A stretch of DNA of 63,790 nt, counting the filler, from Octopus bimaculoides (Eukaryota), in the NCBI RefSeq assembly GCF_001194135.2. It is 5 parts of 5 records of this genome, joined end to end, with 100 filler letters (N's around TTAATTAATTAA, not from the genome) between each part and the next. Parts side by side here need not be neighbours in the genome. Positions count along the whole stretch, not along the records: positions 1 to 9,006 come from NC_068994.1; positions 9,107 to 34,155 come from NC_068981.1; 3 more parts are not named here. The stretch is one strand, 5' to 3'. The position numbers and the translations under genes were made by a program. Below, in pieces: positions 1 to 11,244 of the stretch. Below the pieces are notes generated by a model that was given only the letters and a program-made list of their open reading frames with translations, made no database searches and was not told where the DNA came from. Position 1 is the stretch's first letter. Each line of letters begins with the position of its first letter.

Positions 1-204
1 GTTAAGATTCTACGGCACTAACTGTATTCAGCTGAATAGACTTCAGCGATTGGTTGAAATTACCGAAATACAACAACTTTTTACATGAAATAACTTCGAA
101 TACAAAAATTTGTATCTGTTCTATAACACAAAATATACAAGTATACGAAGTTTGAAAGTGTTTCGGTGCCAAAAACACTACATAAAACATAAATGAAAAA
201 TGTT

Positions 205-1071
205 GCCCGTCAAACCAAAAAGATCCTTGCTGAGTCACTATCAGAACTAGAGGAGAGGTTTCAGGTGTGGAAGCAGGAACTAGAATCGAAGGGCCTTAGA
301 GTCAATCTAGCTAAAACCAAAGTCCTAATAAGTAGGAAGGTAGATAAAACACAAACCCCTTCAGGTAGACGGCCCTGCTCAATATGAAGAAACGGAATAG
401 GTAGTAACAAGCTATGGACACATAGGAGGTGCAGCAATATCAAAGGCAAGTTAACTAGGAATTTAGTTTTTGTATGTGGCAGATGTTCAGGTGCAATAAA
501 CACTGTAAACAAACAGGAAACAACTTCTGTCTCATTCCAGGGAGAAAAGCTAGAGGTAGTTGATAGCTTCCACTATCTGGGTGACCAAGTTAGTACTGGC
601 GGTGGGTGCACTGAAAGTGTAGCTGCTAGAATAAGAATAGCCTGGGCAAGGTTCAGAGAGCTCTTACCTCTGCTGGCGACAAAGGGACTCTCACTCAGAG
701 TAAAAGGCAGACTGTATGACGCATGTGTACAAACAGCCATGATACATGGCAGTGAAACATTGGCTGTAACGGTTGAGGACATGCGTAAGCTCGCAAGGAA
801 TGAAGCCAATATGCTCCGATGGATGTGTAATGTCAGTGTGCATACCCGACAGAGTGTAAGTATCTTGAGAGAAAAGTTGAACATAAGAAGCATCAGTTGT
901 GGTGTGCAAGAGAGACGATTGCGCTGGTATGGACATGTGGTGAGAATGGACGAGGATAGCTGCGTGAAAAAGTGCCAAACCCTAACAGTTGAGGGAACCC
1001 GTGGAAGAGGTAGGCCCAGGAAGACCTGAGCTGAGGTGGTGAGGCAAGACCTTCGAACATTGGGCCTCACC
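205..1071 (+). mobile_element. RTE-clade LINE fragment (C-terminal RT region), frameshifted, runs into a gap
   Basis: ORF pieces AESLSELEERFQVWKQELESKGLRVNLAKTKV and HGSETLAVTVEDMRKLARNEANMLRWMC...LRWYGHVVRM...GRGRPRKT are typical RTE ORF ends; same family as 40526-43790. Confidence 0.9.
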
Positions 1072-2070
1072 NNNNNNNNNNNNNNNNNNNNNNNNNNNNN
1101 NNNNNNNNNNNNNNNNNNNNNNNNNNNNNNNNNNNNNNNNNNNNNNNNNNNNNNNNNNNNNNNNNNNNNNNNNNNNNNNNNNNNNNNNNNNNNNNNNNNN
1201 NNNNNNNNNNNNNNNNNNNNNNNNNNNNNNNNNNNNNNNNNNNNNNNNNNNNNNNNNNNNNNNNNNNNNNNNNNNNNNNNNNNNNNNNNNNNNNNNNNNN
1301 NNNNNNNNNNNNNNNNNNNNNNNNNNNNNNNNNNNNNNNNNNNNNNNNNNNNNNNNNNNNNNNNNNNNNNNNNNNNNNNNNNNNNNNNNNNNNNNNNNNN
1401 NNNNNNNNNNNNNNNNNNNNNNNNNNNNNNNNNNNNNNNNNNNNNNNNNNNNNNNNNNNNNNNNNNNNNNNNNNNNNNNNNNNNNNNNNNNNNNNNNNNN
1501 NNNNNNNNNNNNNNNNNNNNNNNNNNNNNNNNNNNNNNNNNNNNNNNNNNNNNNNNNNNNNNNNNNNNNNNNNNNNNNNNNNNNNNNNNNNNNNNNNNNN
1601 NNNNNNNNNNNNNNNNNNNNNNNNNNNNNNNNNNNNNNNNNNNNNNNNNNNNNNNNNNNNNNNNNNNNNNNNNNNNNNNNNNNNNNNNNNNNNNNNNNNN
1701 NNNNNNNNNNNNNNNNNNNNNNNNNNNNNNNNNNNNNNNNNNNNNNNNNNNNNNNNNNNNNNNNNNNNNNNNNNNNNNNNNNNNNNNNNNNNNNNNNNNN
1801 NNNNNNNNNNNNNNNNNNNNNNNNNNNNNNNNNNNNNNNNNNNNNNNNNNNNNNNNNNNNNNNNNNNNNNNNNNNNNNNNNNNNNNNNNNNNNNNNNNNN
1901 NNNNNNNNNNNNNNNNNNNNNNNNNNNNNNNNNNNNNNNNNNNNNNNNNNNNNNNNNNNNNNNNNNNNNNNNNNNNNNNNNNNNNNNNNNNNNNNNNNNN
2001 NNNNNNNNNNNNNNNNNNNNNNNNNNNNNNNNNNNNNNNNNNNNNNNNNNNNNNNNNNNNAAGAGACAAA

Positions 2071-2185
2071 TAGAATAAATACTAGGCTTACAAAGAATAA
2101 GCTCTGGGGTCGATTTGTTCGACTAAAAGTGGTGCTCCAGCATGGCTGCAGTCAAATGACTGAAACAAATAAAAGAGTAAAAAGA
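2071..2185 (+). mobile_element. 3' tail of abundant SINE family B
   Basis: GGGGTCGATTTGTTCGACTAAA...CAGCATGGCTGCAGTCAAATGACTGAAACAAATAAAAGAG matches copies at 45.2 kb, 54.6 kb (minus) and 5.9 kb (minus). Confidence 0.75.
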
Positions 2186-2192
2186 GTTATAT

Positions 2193-2231
<39 letters not shown>

Positions 2232-2239
2232 GTCCTCCA

Positions 2240-4200
2240 GGCCATAACAGAGAAATTTAAAGCTGGCTGACCCTGGAATTTATTTGCTGATGATCTCTCA
2301 CTCACAGTGGAATCTATAACAGAATCAGAAAAGAAATCACAGATGTGGAAGCAAAACCTGGAATCAAAGGGCCTTAAAGTTAATTTAGAAAAGACTAAAG
2401 GTTTAGAAAGTAGGAAAACAGACAGTACACTGTCCTGCTCAAGTAAATGGCCCTGCTTGACATTCAGGTAAGATGTAGGCAATAATTTCAGTGTACCCAG
2501 AGCAAGCAGTGGACACACAAGAGGTGTAGTGGAATCACAGGAAGGTTAATGGAGAAAGTAGTTTTTGTTTGTAGAAGATGCATAGCTGCCATAAAGCCTG
2601 AGGTCATATGGGAAATTTACTTTCTCAAATGCTCTGGAGGCTTCTGAGGGGTAATAGGGAGCTTCTGTTACCTAGGTGACCTAATTAGTAGTGGAGGAGG
2701 AAGTTCTGAAACTGTAGTTACTAGAATAAGAGTAGGATGGAGAAAGTTCAGGAAACTATTACCTTTGTTAGCAACAAAAGGTCTCTTTCTCCATCTGAAA
2801 GGCAGATTGTATGATACATGTGTATATACAGCAATGCTACATGGTAGTGAGACATGGGCCCTGAAAGCAGAGGACATGCAAAGACTAGAGAGGAATGAAA
2901 AACTAATATGCTTCACTGGATGTGCAATATTATTGAGCATGTATGACAAAAAGCAAATGTATAGAGAGAAAAGTTAGGCACAAGTAGAATCAGATGTAGC
3001 ATGCAAGAGAAATGACTGCATTAGTTTGGTCATGTGATGCATACGGATGAGGACAGTTGTACAGAGAAGTGTTGATTGCTTAAAGCGGATGGAACTTGTA
3101 GAAGGGGGAGACCCAAAAAGACATGGAATTAAGTATTGAAGACTAATCTGAAGATACTGAGCCTTGAGAAGACAAAGGACCGAAAAGATTGGTATCTTGC
3201 TGTGCACCAGAAGATCCACCCATTACAGTAAAAATGGTATCCTAAAACCAGATATGCTTGCACATATGACGCCATGTACCCAGTCGTCTCTCCCTCTGAC
3301 ACATCAAGCATTCCTCCCCACTTCCTGCCATCTAGGGTACTACACAGCTACTGTATTTACTGGTAAACAATATTGCACATATTATCTCTCATACTGTCAA
3401 AATGACCCCACTAGCAAACTACTTCCATTCCACACCATCCCTACCCACAACATTTCAACCAAATACTTCCTTTCTGTGCTTTCAGCTACTGCCCTTTTCC
3501 CCCTCTATGACACTCCATTCTAAAGACATTTCTAATCTACTATCATTCTCAATACTCTCCCATATCTACTGTCATAACCCTACTATAGCCTCTTATGTAT
3601 CCCTATCTCTTCCTTTCCACATATCCTACACCTTACACATTATTCAATTACTTTCTATTCTATTCTCCTTCCTGAGACACTCATCTATATCCCACCTCAC
3701 CACTCTGCATACTTGTATTTCCATCATCTGCACCCCTCACCCTTGTTCTCCACTCACTACAGTAATCTCTACCTCTACCAGTTTATTCCCTCTTCACACT
3801 TTCATGAAAGCATCCACTTTCTCATCTCCTCCCATGATCTACTATCCTTGTCCTTCTTTGTTCATTGAAAGTTTGTTCTACCACCCCATCACTACTTTCC
3901 TCTTATTTCCTGTAGCCACATATGTCCTCTATAGCAAGAAACCCCGGTATACAGCCACTCATCTCCACCCTGTCCAACTTTTCTGTTTTTTTCTGTCTTT
4001 CAAGTTACATGACACCCTCACTAATGCCAGTAGCATGAAAAAGGTACCCAATACACTTTGTGAAGTGGTTGGCATTAGGAAGGGCAGCTATATGTAGAAA
4101 CCATGCCTAAGATGACATTGGTGGTTGGTGCAGTCCACCAGTTCCCTGTTAAACCATGCCAGCATGAAAAGCAGATGTTAAATGATGAAGATGATGATAG
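2240..4200 (+). mobile_element. Older RTE LINE 3' fragment with pyrimidine-rich 3' UTR and GAT tail
   Basis: GRLYDTCVYTAMLHGSETWALKAEDMQRLERNE; ends with GGTTGGCATTAGGAAGGGCA...GTTAAATGATGAAGATGATGAT, the tail shared with other RTE copies here. Confidence 0.8.
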
Positions 4201-4645
4201 TTTTAAATATTTGTGTTGTACTGGAGTTAATGGTAGTCTTAAAATGGTTACAAAGAGTTTCATTTTATATGTTAAGTCTGAAGAAAGGGGCAGTGCCTAT
4301 GACCTTCATAGGCCTTTCAAGATCAGTGAAATTGATATCATTAAAGTTTTTCTTTAACTATCTCAAGCTTAAGACTGCAAGAAAAACATGGAGAATGAGA
4401 ATTCCAGATAACTAACATTCTGAAGAGGCAGGACTAGTGGGCCTGGGGAGGTTAAATACAATATAAGTGATGAGAGGAGAGATGAGTGACTCAGCGTTCC
4501 ATTGTAGGAAATGGTACAAGACCAGCCAACTGTGAGGAGCAGAGGCAACTACTAATGGTAGAAAAGACAGAGAAAAGAGACAGCAGGTTTGAAGTGCTTA
4601 ACAGTGACATAATGACAAACAGTCAAGTGGATTTTATCAACTTAC

Positions 4646-4709
4646 CCTGGAGCACAGGCCATCGCGGTTTCAATTTCCTTGATGAAACTTTCCAGTGTTG
4701 TAAAAATGG
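4646..4709 (-). CDS. Candidate 64-bp internal exon, product unknown (AIFTTLESFIKEIETAMACAPG or PFLQHWKVSSRKLKPRWPVLQ)
   Basis: Minus strand reads ttttcttggtatattgtAG|CCATTTT...CTCCAGG|GTAAGT. Splice signals only; no recognised motif. Confidence 0.3.
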
Positions 4710-4789
4710 CTACAATATACCAAGAAAAATAGTGACAGAACACATTAACAAAGATAATTATTATTTGGAAGTTTATTATTATTATTCAA

Positions 4790-5100
4790 GTGGCGAAGGT
4801 GACAAGCTGACAGAATCATTAACACACTGGGAAAAATGCTTAGTGGCATTTTGTCTGTCTTCACATTCTGAGTTCACATTCCGCCAAGGTTGACTTAGTC
4901 TTTCATCCTTTGAGGATCAATGAAATAAGTACCTGTTAAGGACTGGAGTTGATGTGATCAACTACCTAACCTCCCTGGAAATTTCAGACTTCGAGCTTAT
5001 AGTAGAAAGCATTATTATTAAGGCGGCAAATTGGCAGAATCATGAGTGCATTGGACAAAATGCTTAGCAGCATTTATTTTGGTTCTTTAACTTTTGAGTT
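4790..5100 (+). mobile_element. tRNA-derived SINE family A (Meta-domain-like core) plus a second head
   Basis: CTTTCATCCTTTGAGGATCAATGAAATAAGTACC core, as in copies at 26.1, 33.1 and 48.1 kb. Confidence 0.7.
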
Positions 5101-5610
5101 TAAATAAATGTCTTGTAAGATTCTCTCACCATTTCACTCAGTGTTATAATGCATACCAAAAGTGATGTGTCATTCTCAGCAGTTTACAGACAAAACTAAA
5201 ACCATAGATATCATGACAGACAAAATACAAAACACATAGATAAAAACATGAACAAAAGGAACGAAAATGGTCAGGTTGACTCTAAATTACCATTCTATCT
5301 TAATGGTCTGATTATAAGGAAGAACGTTCTAAACAGACTAAAGAATAAAATAAAGCATGATAAGGAGATAAGGACTGATCATTTCAGTACTTATCAACTG
5401 TTTCCTTGTCTCTTTTAAGGATCTAAATTACCCTATCTTATGATAAAACTGGCCCCATTCTAAACTTGAAAAAGACTACTCAAAGTTAATTAATAACTGT
5501 CTGGTTTTTATATACTTTTTTGAAGCAATAAAAAAAGTTTGTAGGTACCCTTACCAGCTCTGTGCACACATTCCCCGCCACACCCACCTACAAGGTTGTG
5601 TGTTCTATAT

Positions 5611-6078
5611 ACTAGCAGAGGCACTCAGCATTGCCCAGGAATAAAATTGTTACTTATATATTAGAAGAAAAAAGCAAGGTGGACACTAAACAATGATGAT
5701 GATGACATTCAATTTATTCTTCAATTAGGATACATTTTATTCTTTAATTGGGAAATCAATTTGAAATTCATAGTACAAAATAGTAATAATAATAAAAAGA
5801 TTAAAAAAAAAAATACAAAATTTACCACTTTTATAAAAGGAAATAAATTCCATCAAATTTTTTTTCCTTTTACTTTTTTCTTTTACTTGTTTCAATCATT
5901 TGACTGTGGCCATGCTGGAGCACCATCTTTAGTTGATCAAACCGACCCTGGGACTTATTCTTTCTAAGCCTAGTACTTATTCTATCAGTCTCTTTTGCCG
6001 AACCACAAAGTTACAGGGACGTAAACACACCAATATCAGTTGTCAAGAGATGGTACGGGACAAACACAGACACACAGA

Positions 6079-6109
<31 letters not shown>

Positions 6110-8073
6110 GTACATACATATATATACACATATATACGATGGGCTTCTTTCAGTTTCTGTCTACCAAATCCACTCACAAGACTTTGGTCAGCCCAAGGCT
6201 ATAGTAGAAGACACTTGCCCCAAAGTGCCACTCAGTGGGACTGAACCCAGAACCATGTGGAGGGGAAGCAAGCTTCTTATCACACAGCCACTCCTATGCT
6301 TTTGTTGAAGGAAAATTATGTACGAGTTTCTGGGTAAACAACATTCTTTGTTTTCTGGTTTGGAGCATAGACAAATAAGTCTTGCAAACTACCAACCCTG
6401 GAACAACCAACATAAAGTTGACCATGAGAAAAGCAAGGCTCAATTACGTGCAAGCTAGTAGATTTCAAAGTCTGATCTTGACCTTTATTAATAGACATTG
6501 TGAAGCAAAGTTGCACTGGGAATTGTATTCATTTGAACTAAAATGGCATGTCTGTTGGTTTGATTGGAATTCTTGGAATGAAAACTTCTTCCCCAGAGGC
6601 ACATCCAGTGATGATGGTAGCTTCTATCTCATTAAGTGATAATGTCTTCACAATCAACCTTGTCCCATTGCATAATTTAGGAGGATCTAAATTTCTAAGA
6701 AGCATTAGGACTCCTACCTTCAGAAAAAGTTTATGTGGAGGAATTCCAGGTGGCTCAAGAGAATGAAAGAACTCTGTTGGGTAATGAACAGCTTGATTTT
6801 CATCAAGGACTGAATCAGTTGATTTTTACTCCTTAATGACTGTTGGAATCTTATTCATTAATTCATGGTTAATCCTTGCTAGTGTCTCATTTTTGATATT
6901 GAGAATTGCCCTGTCACACAACCATTTATGTGAATTATCAACATTATTACTTAAGTCTGAAAATATCCTGTTCTTCAATTCAACTGGAGAATTCACCATG
7001 ATAGCAATATGAGCCATTTCCATGATATCATCAAATGGTACTTTTCCATTTCCTAATTGGAGCCAGGTTGGAAACTGTTCTGCGCATTGGTCCCTATGTT
7101 ATAACGCTTGCACCTTAGTATTGAGGGAGAATTTCTATACTTTACTCCATAGGTGTGAAGACTTAATGCATATTTTTATTTCATCAGATCTTGTTCATCT
7201 CAGAATGACTGGTAATGTCTATCAGGAGACTTCAGTCTCCTGAGAAAACTAATGTAACTCCTCCCATAAATTTATTGTTGCCTCTTATGTCCTGTAAGGT
7301 CTTATCAAGAGCTTCCATTGCACCTCTATGTGACATGGTGCATTCATCCCAAATGACCAGGTGGCATTGGCACAAAACTTCTGCTGAACCTGAACCTTAT
7401 GTTACAAATTGAATGATCATTTGTGACCAGGTTTAGTGGTAATTTAAAAGCAGAATGAGCTGTTCTCCCTCCTGGGAGAATGGTGGCAGCAAAGACAGAT
7501 GATGCTACAGCAAATGCAATTCTTTTTTGTTGCCTTACCTTGAAGGGAAGCAATGTTGGTACAAATGTTTTAACTGTGCCACCAGGAGCATGAAGAAATA
7601 AAATTCCTCTACTTTTTTCTCTGACTGACAAAATAATTTTATCACAGGTACAGTATTGTTTTGGAAGTTTAGGTTCATGTTCATTCACAGTTGCAGCAAA
7701 TTCTGCGATGTCATAATTTGTCTCTCTTACTATGTCTAATTTGACAGTTTGTTTTTGGCAGTCCAGAGCCAGACTCTTGCAAATTTTTGCCTCCCTTGGC
7801 CAAAACTTGATCCTCAATTTCAGTCAGTACTTGGTTAAAAATTGTTTCAGAGAACTGAATATTGATATCTTGGTTTGCCTGTTGAACTGTATACTTTAAG
7901 TCCTCAGCCATGTTGTCGTGATGTTTCATCCAAAGCCGTAGGGGACTGCCAAGTTGACACTTGTTCAGTATAATTGCAAAAAGGTTACAGAGTTTCCTTG
8001 GAAAATCTGATACTGATACTACAGTCAATTCAAGGTCCTAATGCTCATTTTATAAAAAACATTGTTGATAGAA
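5611..8073 (-). mobile_element. Decayed autonomous Helitron (RepHel: end of Rep plus PIF1-like helicase) with probable 3' CTAG terminus at 5612-5615
   Basis: Frameshifted pieces LCNLFAIIL..C..G.PL.LW, FLHAPGGTVKTF...AVASS..AAT.LPGGRTAHSAFKLPL, WLCDRAIL, FTMSINKGQDQTL...FSHGQLYVGCSRVG are Helitron helicase motifs. Decayed hairpin plus CTAG|T at 5611-5640 on the same strand. Confidence 0.9.
5890..6295 (-). mobile_element. SINE family B, near full length, inserted in the Helitron 3' region
   Basis: tRNA-like head at the right end (reverse complement of GGGTTCAGTCCCACTGAGTGGCACTTTGGG), internal (ACAT)n, tail TTTCAATCATTTGACTGTGGCCATGCTGG. Confidence 0.8.
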
Positions 8074-8128
8074 CATTATTTACATTATTTAAAATTGACG
8101 GATATTTGTCCTCATCTTGTTTGTTGTT

Positions 8129-8174
8129 AACACAACGTTTCGGCTGATACACCCTCCAGCCTTCATCAGGTGTC
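8129..8174 (-). ncRNA. Second identical hammerhead motif in the left arm
   Basis: Exact 46-nt reverse complement of 8458-8503. Confidence 0.65.
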
Positions 8175-8226
8175 TTGGGGAAAATTCGAACCTGGGTTCT
8201 CATTCCTAAGGTATTTTTCAATGTTG

Positions 8227-8268
<42 letters not shown>

Positions 8269-8355
8269 TCACTGCCTGAAATCAAACTCGGAATATGCCC
8301 ACAAGCATACGGGGTAGTGGTTAAGAGCGCGGACTACTAACCCCAAGATTGGAAT

Positions 8356-8405
<50 letters not shown>

Positions 8406-8457
8406 CAACATTGAAAAATACCTTAGGAATGAGAACCCAGGTTCGAATTTTCCCCAA

Positions 8458-8503
8458 GACACCTGATGAAGGCTGGAGGGTGTATCAGCCGAAACGTTGT
8501 GTT
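8458..8503 (+). ncRNA. Minimal type I hammerhead ribozyme motif (Penelope-like, palindromic stem III)
   Basis: Stem I GACAC/GTGTT, core CTGATGA (plus one extra A), stem II GGCTG/CAGCC, GAAA-CGTT with palindrome AACGTT, predicted GUU cleavage after 8498. Activity untested. Confidence 0.65.
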
Positions 8504-8634
8504 AACAACAAACAAAATTAGGACAAATATCCGTCAATTGTAAATAAGGTAAATAATGTTCTATCAACAATGTTTTTTATAAAATGATGAGCATTAGGAC
8601 CTTGCATTGACTGTAGCATCAGTATACAGACAGT

Positions 8635-9006
8635 ACACGGCTTTACCAAGGAAAAATGTGCCAAAGCAACCCTGAAAAGAGGAAAATTAGTTAAAAGCAG
8701 CAATATAACACTAGATAGAGCCAATGAAATAAGAGAACTAGACGAAAGCCAACCATACAAGTATTTAGGAGTCAATGAACTAGATAGGATACAACATACA
8801 CAAATGAAAGAAAAAATAAAGAAAGAGTACTATAGACGAGTTAGATCAATACTAAAAACAGAGCTCAATGCTAAAAACAAGATAATGGGTATCAACACTT
8901 TAGCTGTCCCAGTTATAAGCTACAGCTACAACATCCTTAACTGGACACTAAACGAACTATGTAAAATAGACAGGAAAACAAGAAAAATAATGACAGGATC
9001 TAGGAT
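8635..9006 (+). mobile_element. R4/Dong-type non-LTR retrotransposon RT fragment
   Basis: KCAKATLKRGK...YKYLGVNE...MKEKIKKEYYRRVRSILKTELNAKNKIMGINTLAVPVISYSYNILNWT..EL.KIDRKTRK, typical of R4-clade ORFs. Confidence 0.8.
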
Positions 9007-9106
9007 NNNNNNNNNNNNNNNNNNNNNNNNNNNNNNNNNNNNNNNNNNNNTTAATTAATTAANNNNNNNNNNNNNNNNNNNNNNNNNNNNNNNNNNNNNN
9101 NNNNNN
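9007..9106. other. Artificial scaffold join (44 N + TTAATTAATTAA + 44 N)
   Basis: Exact 100-bp spacer, repeated identically four times in the window. Confidence 0.95.
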
Positions 9107-9165
<59 letters not shown>

Positions 9166-9166
<1 letters not shown>

Positions 9167-9722
9167 GAGTGAGAGAGCAGTGCATGCCATCAAAGTGACA
9201 CTAGGGTAAAATATACGAAGCCCAATATACCCATCATGACTACCCGTCTGAAAAAAGGGTGCACCAGGCACATACATCACAACCATATGTGCACGATACA
9301 GTGATCTCATATCAAGATAAACAGCGCATCACTTTGCGGGTGGGAACCAGTTAGAATTTTCTTCAGGTCGAGTAACTCATCCCGCTCAAATGGTCCTTGA
9401 ATAAGGGTTGTTTAAGCATGTTGAACGGAACACCCATGTTTCCAGCGGTATATTATTCAAACACCAAAGAATTCCTCTCAACACATGGCTATGATGCTCC
9501 CCCACTACTTCTGCTTGTGATCAGAGATGCACATATCGTCAGCCACCAAAGGACATGCTCAACTGGTTTAGGTCAAATAACTGAGAAGCAAATCTGTGGT
9601 ATTGAGTAGAATATTCGCTGTAGCCCATCTTTTATACCAAGACAAAATATATACATGATAACACTTCGAATCAGTTAAGATCAGAAGCCATGAAAGCCAC
9701 TGCCTGGTACTGCATCAGAGCA
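9166..9722. mobile_element. About 560-bp non-coding dispersed element flanked by (TTA)n and (TTG)n
   Basis: Its first about 230 bp recur at high identity at 51386-51618 (GAGTGAGAGAGCAGTGCATGCCATCAAAGTGACAC...), also next to (TTA)n. Confidence 0.75.
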
Positions 9723-9823
9723 TTGTTGTTGTTGTTGTTGTTGCTGTTGACACATATACCACAGTTAGGTCTTTCGCATCTTTTTACTGACAGTTTCAAT
9801 GTTGCTGACGAGTGTACTACCGT

Positions 9824-9901
9824 CTTCTTCTTCTTCTTCTTCTTCTTCTTCTTCTTCTTCTTCTTCTTCTTCTTCTTCTTCTTCTTCTTCTTCTTCTTCT
9901 T
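9824..9901. repeat. (TTC)n microsatellite running into a gap
   Basis: Direct reading. Confidence 0.95.
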
Positions 9902-10565
9902 NNNNNNNNNNNNNNNNNNNNNNNNNNNNNNNNNNNNNNNNNNNNNNNNNNNNNNNNNNNNNNNNNNNNNNNNNNNNNNNNNNNNNNNNNNNNNNNNNNN
10001 NNNNNNNNNNNNNNNNNNNNNNNNNNNNNNNNNNNNNNNNNNNNNNNNNNNNNNNNNNNNNNNNNNNNNNNNNNNNNNNNNNNNNNNNNNNNNNNNNNNN
10101 NNNNNNNNNNNNNNNNNNNNNNNNNNNNNNNNNNNNNNNNNNNNNNNNNNNNNNNNNNNNNNNNNNNNNNNNNNNNNNNNNNNNNNNNNNNNNNNNNNNN
10201 NNNNNNNNNNNNNNNNNNNNNNNNNNNNNNNNNNNNNNNNNNNNNNNNNNNNNNNNNNNNNNNNNNNNNNNNNNNNNNNNNNNNNNNNNNNNNNNNNNNN
10301 NNNNNNNNNNNNNNNNNNNNNNNNNNNNNNNNNNNNNNNNNNNNNNNNNNNNNNNNNNNNNNNNNNNNNNNNNNNNNNNNNNNNNNNNNNNNNNNNNNNN
10401 NNNNNNNNNNNNNNNNNNNNNNNNNNNNNNNNNNNNNNNNNNNNNNNNNNNNNNNNNNNNNNNNNNNNNNNNNNNNNNNNNNNNNNNNNNNNNNNNNNNN
10501 NNNNNNNNNNNNNNNNNNNNNNNNNNNNNNNNNNNNNNNNNNNNNNNNNNNNNNNNNNNNNNNNN

Positions 10566-10713
10566 TTAGAAAGCATTTTTTTTTCTTCATGATCTTTGAC
10601 AGCTATATCTGGTCTATTTGCCTTAATTTCTCTATCTGTGTGTATTGGCATATCCCAGAGTATGGTTGCTTTCTCGTTTTCTGTGACCTTTTCTGGCGTG
10701 TGTTTATACCATC

Positions 10714-10715
<2 letters not shown>
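10566..10715 (-). mobile_element. R4/Dong-type restriction-like endonuclease fragment, 5' end abutting (TAA)n
   Basis: RWYKHTPEKVTENEKATILWDMPIHTDREIKANRPDIAVKD contains the PD motif of the REL endonuclease. Confidence 0.8.
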
Positions 10716-10792
<77 letters not shown>

Positions 10793-10860
10793 GTAGTAGT
10801 AGTAGTAGTAGTAGTAGTAGCAGCAGTAGTAGTAGTATTAATGCTATTATTATTAATTTT
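10716..10860. repeat. (TTA)n/(TAG)n compound microsatellite
   Basis: Direct reading. Confidence 0.95.
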
Positions 10861-11174
10861 ATAATTATTTATAATTGATTGATCAGCTCATTGCTACTCA
10901 ACTAGCTAGTGGACAATTAGAATCTGCCAAGCAATTCATCTGTTCACCTGCTACCAATTTATCAGTCTATCGGTGAGAGTCTGTATGTTTTGTTTATTAT
11001 GACATTCACTTATTTAATGGTTTCTTTTGGATTTCTTTTTCAATTTCATTTTAGCCTCCAGACTTTGACTTTATGGGAGAAAATTGACATCGAAATTAAT
11101 CGAGAATCAAGACGCAAATTATTAGCTGTACTATACCCTTTCAGAGAAAAGCAGCAGTAGCAGCAGTACCAGCA

Positions 11175-11244
<70 letters not shown>

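Larger units (their letters stand above)
8006..8630. mobile_element. Foldback element: two head-to-head copies of a tRNA-headed, hammerhead-bearing non-autonomous element plus inverted flank duplication
   Basis: About 8006-8264 is the reverse complement of about 8357-8630 with few differences; the centre 8265-8356 holds tRNA-like A-box and B-box remnants. Confidence 0.85.

Noticed and set aside
573-2073. Long ORFs spanning N runs or microsatellites (also 9.7-10.9, 13.7-14.8, 15.9-17.0, 27.9-28.6, 54.9-55.9, 56.8-57.4 kb)
   Set aside because: Open only because of Ns or simple repeats.
3402-4097. 231-aa ORF
   Set aside because: Low-complexity S/L/H/F product from the pyrimidine-rich 3' UTR of an RTE copy.
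8305-8350. Functional tRNA gene (also the other SINE heads)
   Set aside because: Only partial arms, no complete acceptor stem; these are SINE-type derivatives.
9051-9062. TTAATTAATTAA islands between N runs (also 34200, 45012, 59343)
   Set aside because: Identical 44+12+44 layout four times, with stops in all six frames: an assembly spacer, not biology.
10885-11160. Plus-strand two-exon model with an 82-nt GT-AG intron (10973-11054)
   Set aside because: Splice signals look real, but the joined peptide matches nothing I recognise and ends in a CAG/TAG repeat; needs RNA evidence.
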